Below, in pieces: positions 24,224 through 25,434 of a DNA stretch of 25,434 bases. The notes below the pieces were generated by a model, which searched no databases, was not told the DNA's origin, and saw only the letters and a list, made by a program, of their open reading frames with translations. The stretch is taken from IMG/VR virus record IMGVR_UViG_3300038425_000174; one strand, 5' to 3'. Both the position numbers and the translations under genes were made by a program. Source of the stretch: a virus. Numbering within the stretch: position 1 is the stretch's first letter; each line of letters starts with the position of its first letter.

Positions 24224-24583
24224 ATGGCCGGCTCGCTAACGCTCTCGGGTATGGCCGACGGCCTACTGTCGGGGCAGGTGACGTTCGGTCCGTCGACGAT
24301 GGCGGGGAAAGTCGCGAACAGTGAGATACTGAACATCGAACTGGTCGCCAACACCGACTACGTGGTCAAGGTCCCCAGTGAAGCAGTAGCGTTCGGGGTG
24401 TTCTTCACGTTTGAGGCGACGAGCGCCCCCGAACTCAAACTCGGCTCGAACCTCAGCGCCACGGCCACGGGTTTCCCGGTTCCCGCACAGGGATTCGCGT
24501 GCCTACCACTGTACTTGGGCACGACGGAACTCAAGTTCAAGGCGGTGAGCCCCCCGCCCGTGTTCCAACTGGCGTTTGTCTGA
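24224..24583 (+). CDS. Small beta-rich virion protein
   Basis: 119 aa with alternating hydrophobic strands; structural module context. Confidence 0.7.
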   Translation: MAGSLTLSGMADGLLSGQVTFGPSTMAGKVANSEILNIELVANTDYVVKVPSEAVAFGVFFTFEATSAPELKLGSNLSATATGFPVPAQGFACLPLYLGTTELKFKAVSPPPVFQLAFV

Positions 24584-24592
24584 GGAAGGTCC

Positions 24593-25434
24593 ATGTCCTT
24601 TCCCACGACTGAACTCCTCGACAGCTTCATCCGCCCCGCAGAAGATCCGCTCTCCCTCGAAGGCGCGTGGAAACTCTTTGACAGTGCTCTCACGGGAGCG
24701 ATTGAAGGGGAAGCCTTCCACTCGCTCCACGGGACCGAAAATACGGCGGTCTACTACTGGAGCCCGGGGGAATTCACCGAGCCTGCGGTAAAGGGCGAAA
24801 TCTATAAGATGCCCCATCCTGGGACCGGGGAAGAGCTGGAACTGTGGGCGTGTCTCACGAAAGTGACAGCCCCGGAAAGTCCGAGCGGCTACCGTCTCCA
24901 GCTTCACTACGTAGCCTTCAACAAAACCGGCTTCATCGTGGAACGTATGGACAACGGGGTCCTCCACCTCCTCGGCGAATCGAACATCAGCGAAGCCAGT
25001 GAAGGCGACCAGGTGGGCTTTCAGGTCCTCGCGGGCAAAGTCATCTCCTGGTACAAACACGGAGCGGGTGCGTGGGAAGTCGTCCGCGAAGACACCGACT
25101 CGACCTACACGAAGGGTTATGTCGCCGTTGGGGTCATCGGCCGTGAACCCGCGTGGCGAAACTTCGGCGCCTCCGGCGAAGCGTCCAAAGAACGGAAAAC
25201 CGGCCATCCCCCGATCACGGTTCCCATCGTCGGAAGCCGGGTCCTCGTCGCCGAACACGCCGCGCCCACGGAACACTGCGCGTTCCCCGGTGCGGCGCAC
25301 GTGCTCCCTTCTGGTGAAGTGCTGGCAGTGTACTGCGTGAAAAGCAAACACGAATCAAAAGACGGTGTCATCTACGCGAAGAGATCGTCGAACGAAGGAG
25401 CCACGTGGGGTGTCCCGTACGTCATAGCGAAATC
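24593..25434 (+). CDS. Partial virion protein: lectin-like beta-sandwich plus BNR/sialidase-like propeller (runs off the window)
   Basis: Not in the ORF track; my translation from ATG 24593 (MSFPTTELLDSF...) stays open to the end and includes HCAFPG...GEVLAVY...KRSSNEGATW (Asp-box-like). Confidence 0.8.
   Translation, partial: MSFPTTELLDSFIRPAEDPLSLEGAWKLFDSALTGAIEGEAFHSLHGTENTAVYYWSPGEFTEPAVKGEIYKMPHPGTGEELELWACLTKVTAPESPSGYRLQLHYVAFNKTGFIVERMDNGVLHLLGESNISEASEGDQVGFQVLAGKVISWYKHGAGAWEVVREDTDSTYTKGYVAVGVIGREPAWRNFGASGEASKERKTGHPPITVPIVGSRVLVAEHAAPTEHCAFPGAAHVLPSGEVLAVYCVKSKHESKDGVIYAKRSSNEGATWGVPYVIAK

Overview
A 25.4-kb segment of a high-GC tailed phage or prophage with an HK97-type head. 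The terminase, ArdA and small-gene families suggest an actinobacterial host, which is inference. There are three blocks. (1) 50-3882 (+): HNH endonuclease, amino-methyltransferase, ParB-like protein, ABC-ATPase-GNAT fusion and a duplicated GNAT, forming a likely DNA-modification module. (2) About 4076-11550 (-): an oppositely transcribed operon of about 21 small, mostly translationally coupled genes including ASCH, HTH, an internally deleted ArdC-like gene and ArdA. (3) 11696-end (+): TerS, TerL, a LAGLIDADG insertion, portal, a multidomain prohead protease, two paralogous major capsid proteins, duplicated Asp-poor virion proteins, HNH remnants and a sialidase-like ORF running off the end. The main finding is on the minus strand of block 2. 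Three type II (open stem II, pseudoknotted) hammerhead ribozymes sit in its three longest 5' intergenic gaps, each with a different non-canonical core and each just upstream of an RBS. They are preceded by a helix-rich leader of about 430 nt with no credible ORF, a candidate large ncRNA. An array of CTAA motifs on an exact 11-bp register separates this leader from TerS. All family calls are from motif recognition by eye; no searches were run.
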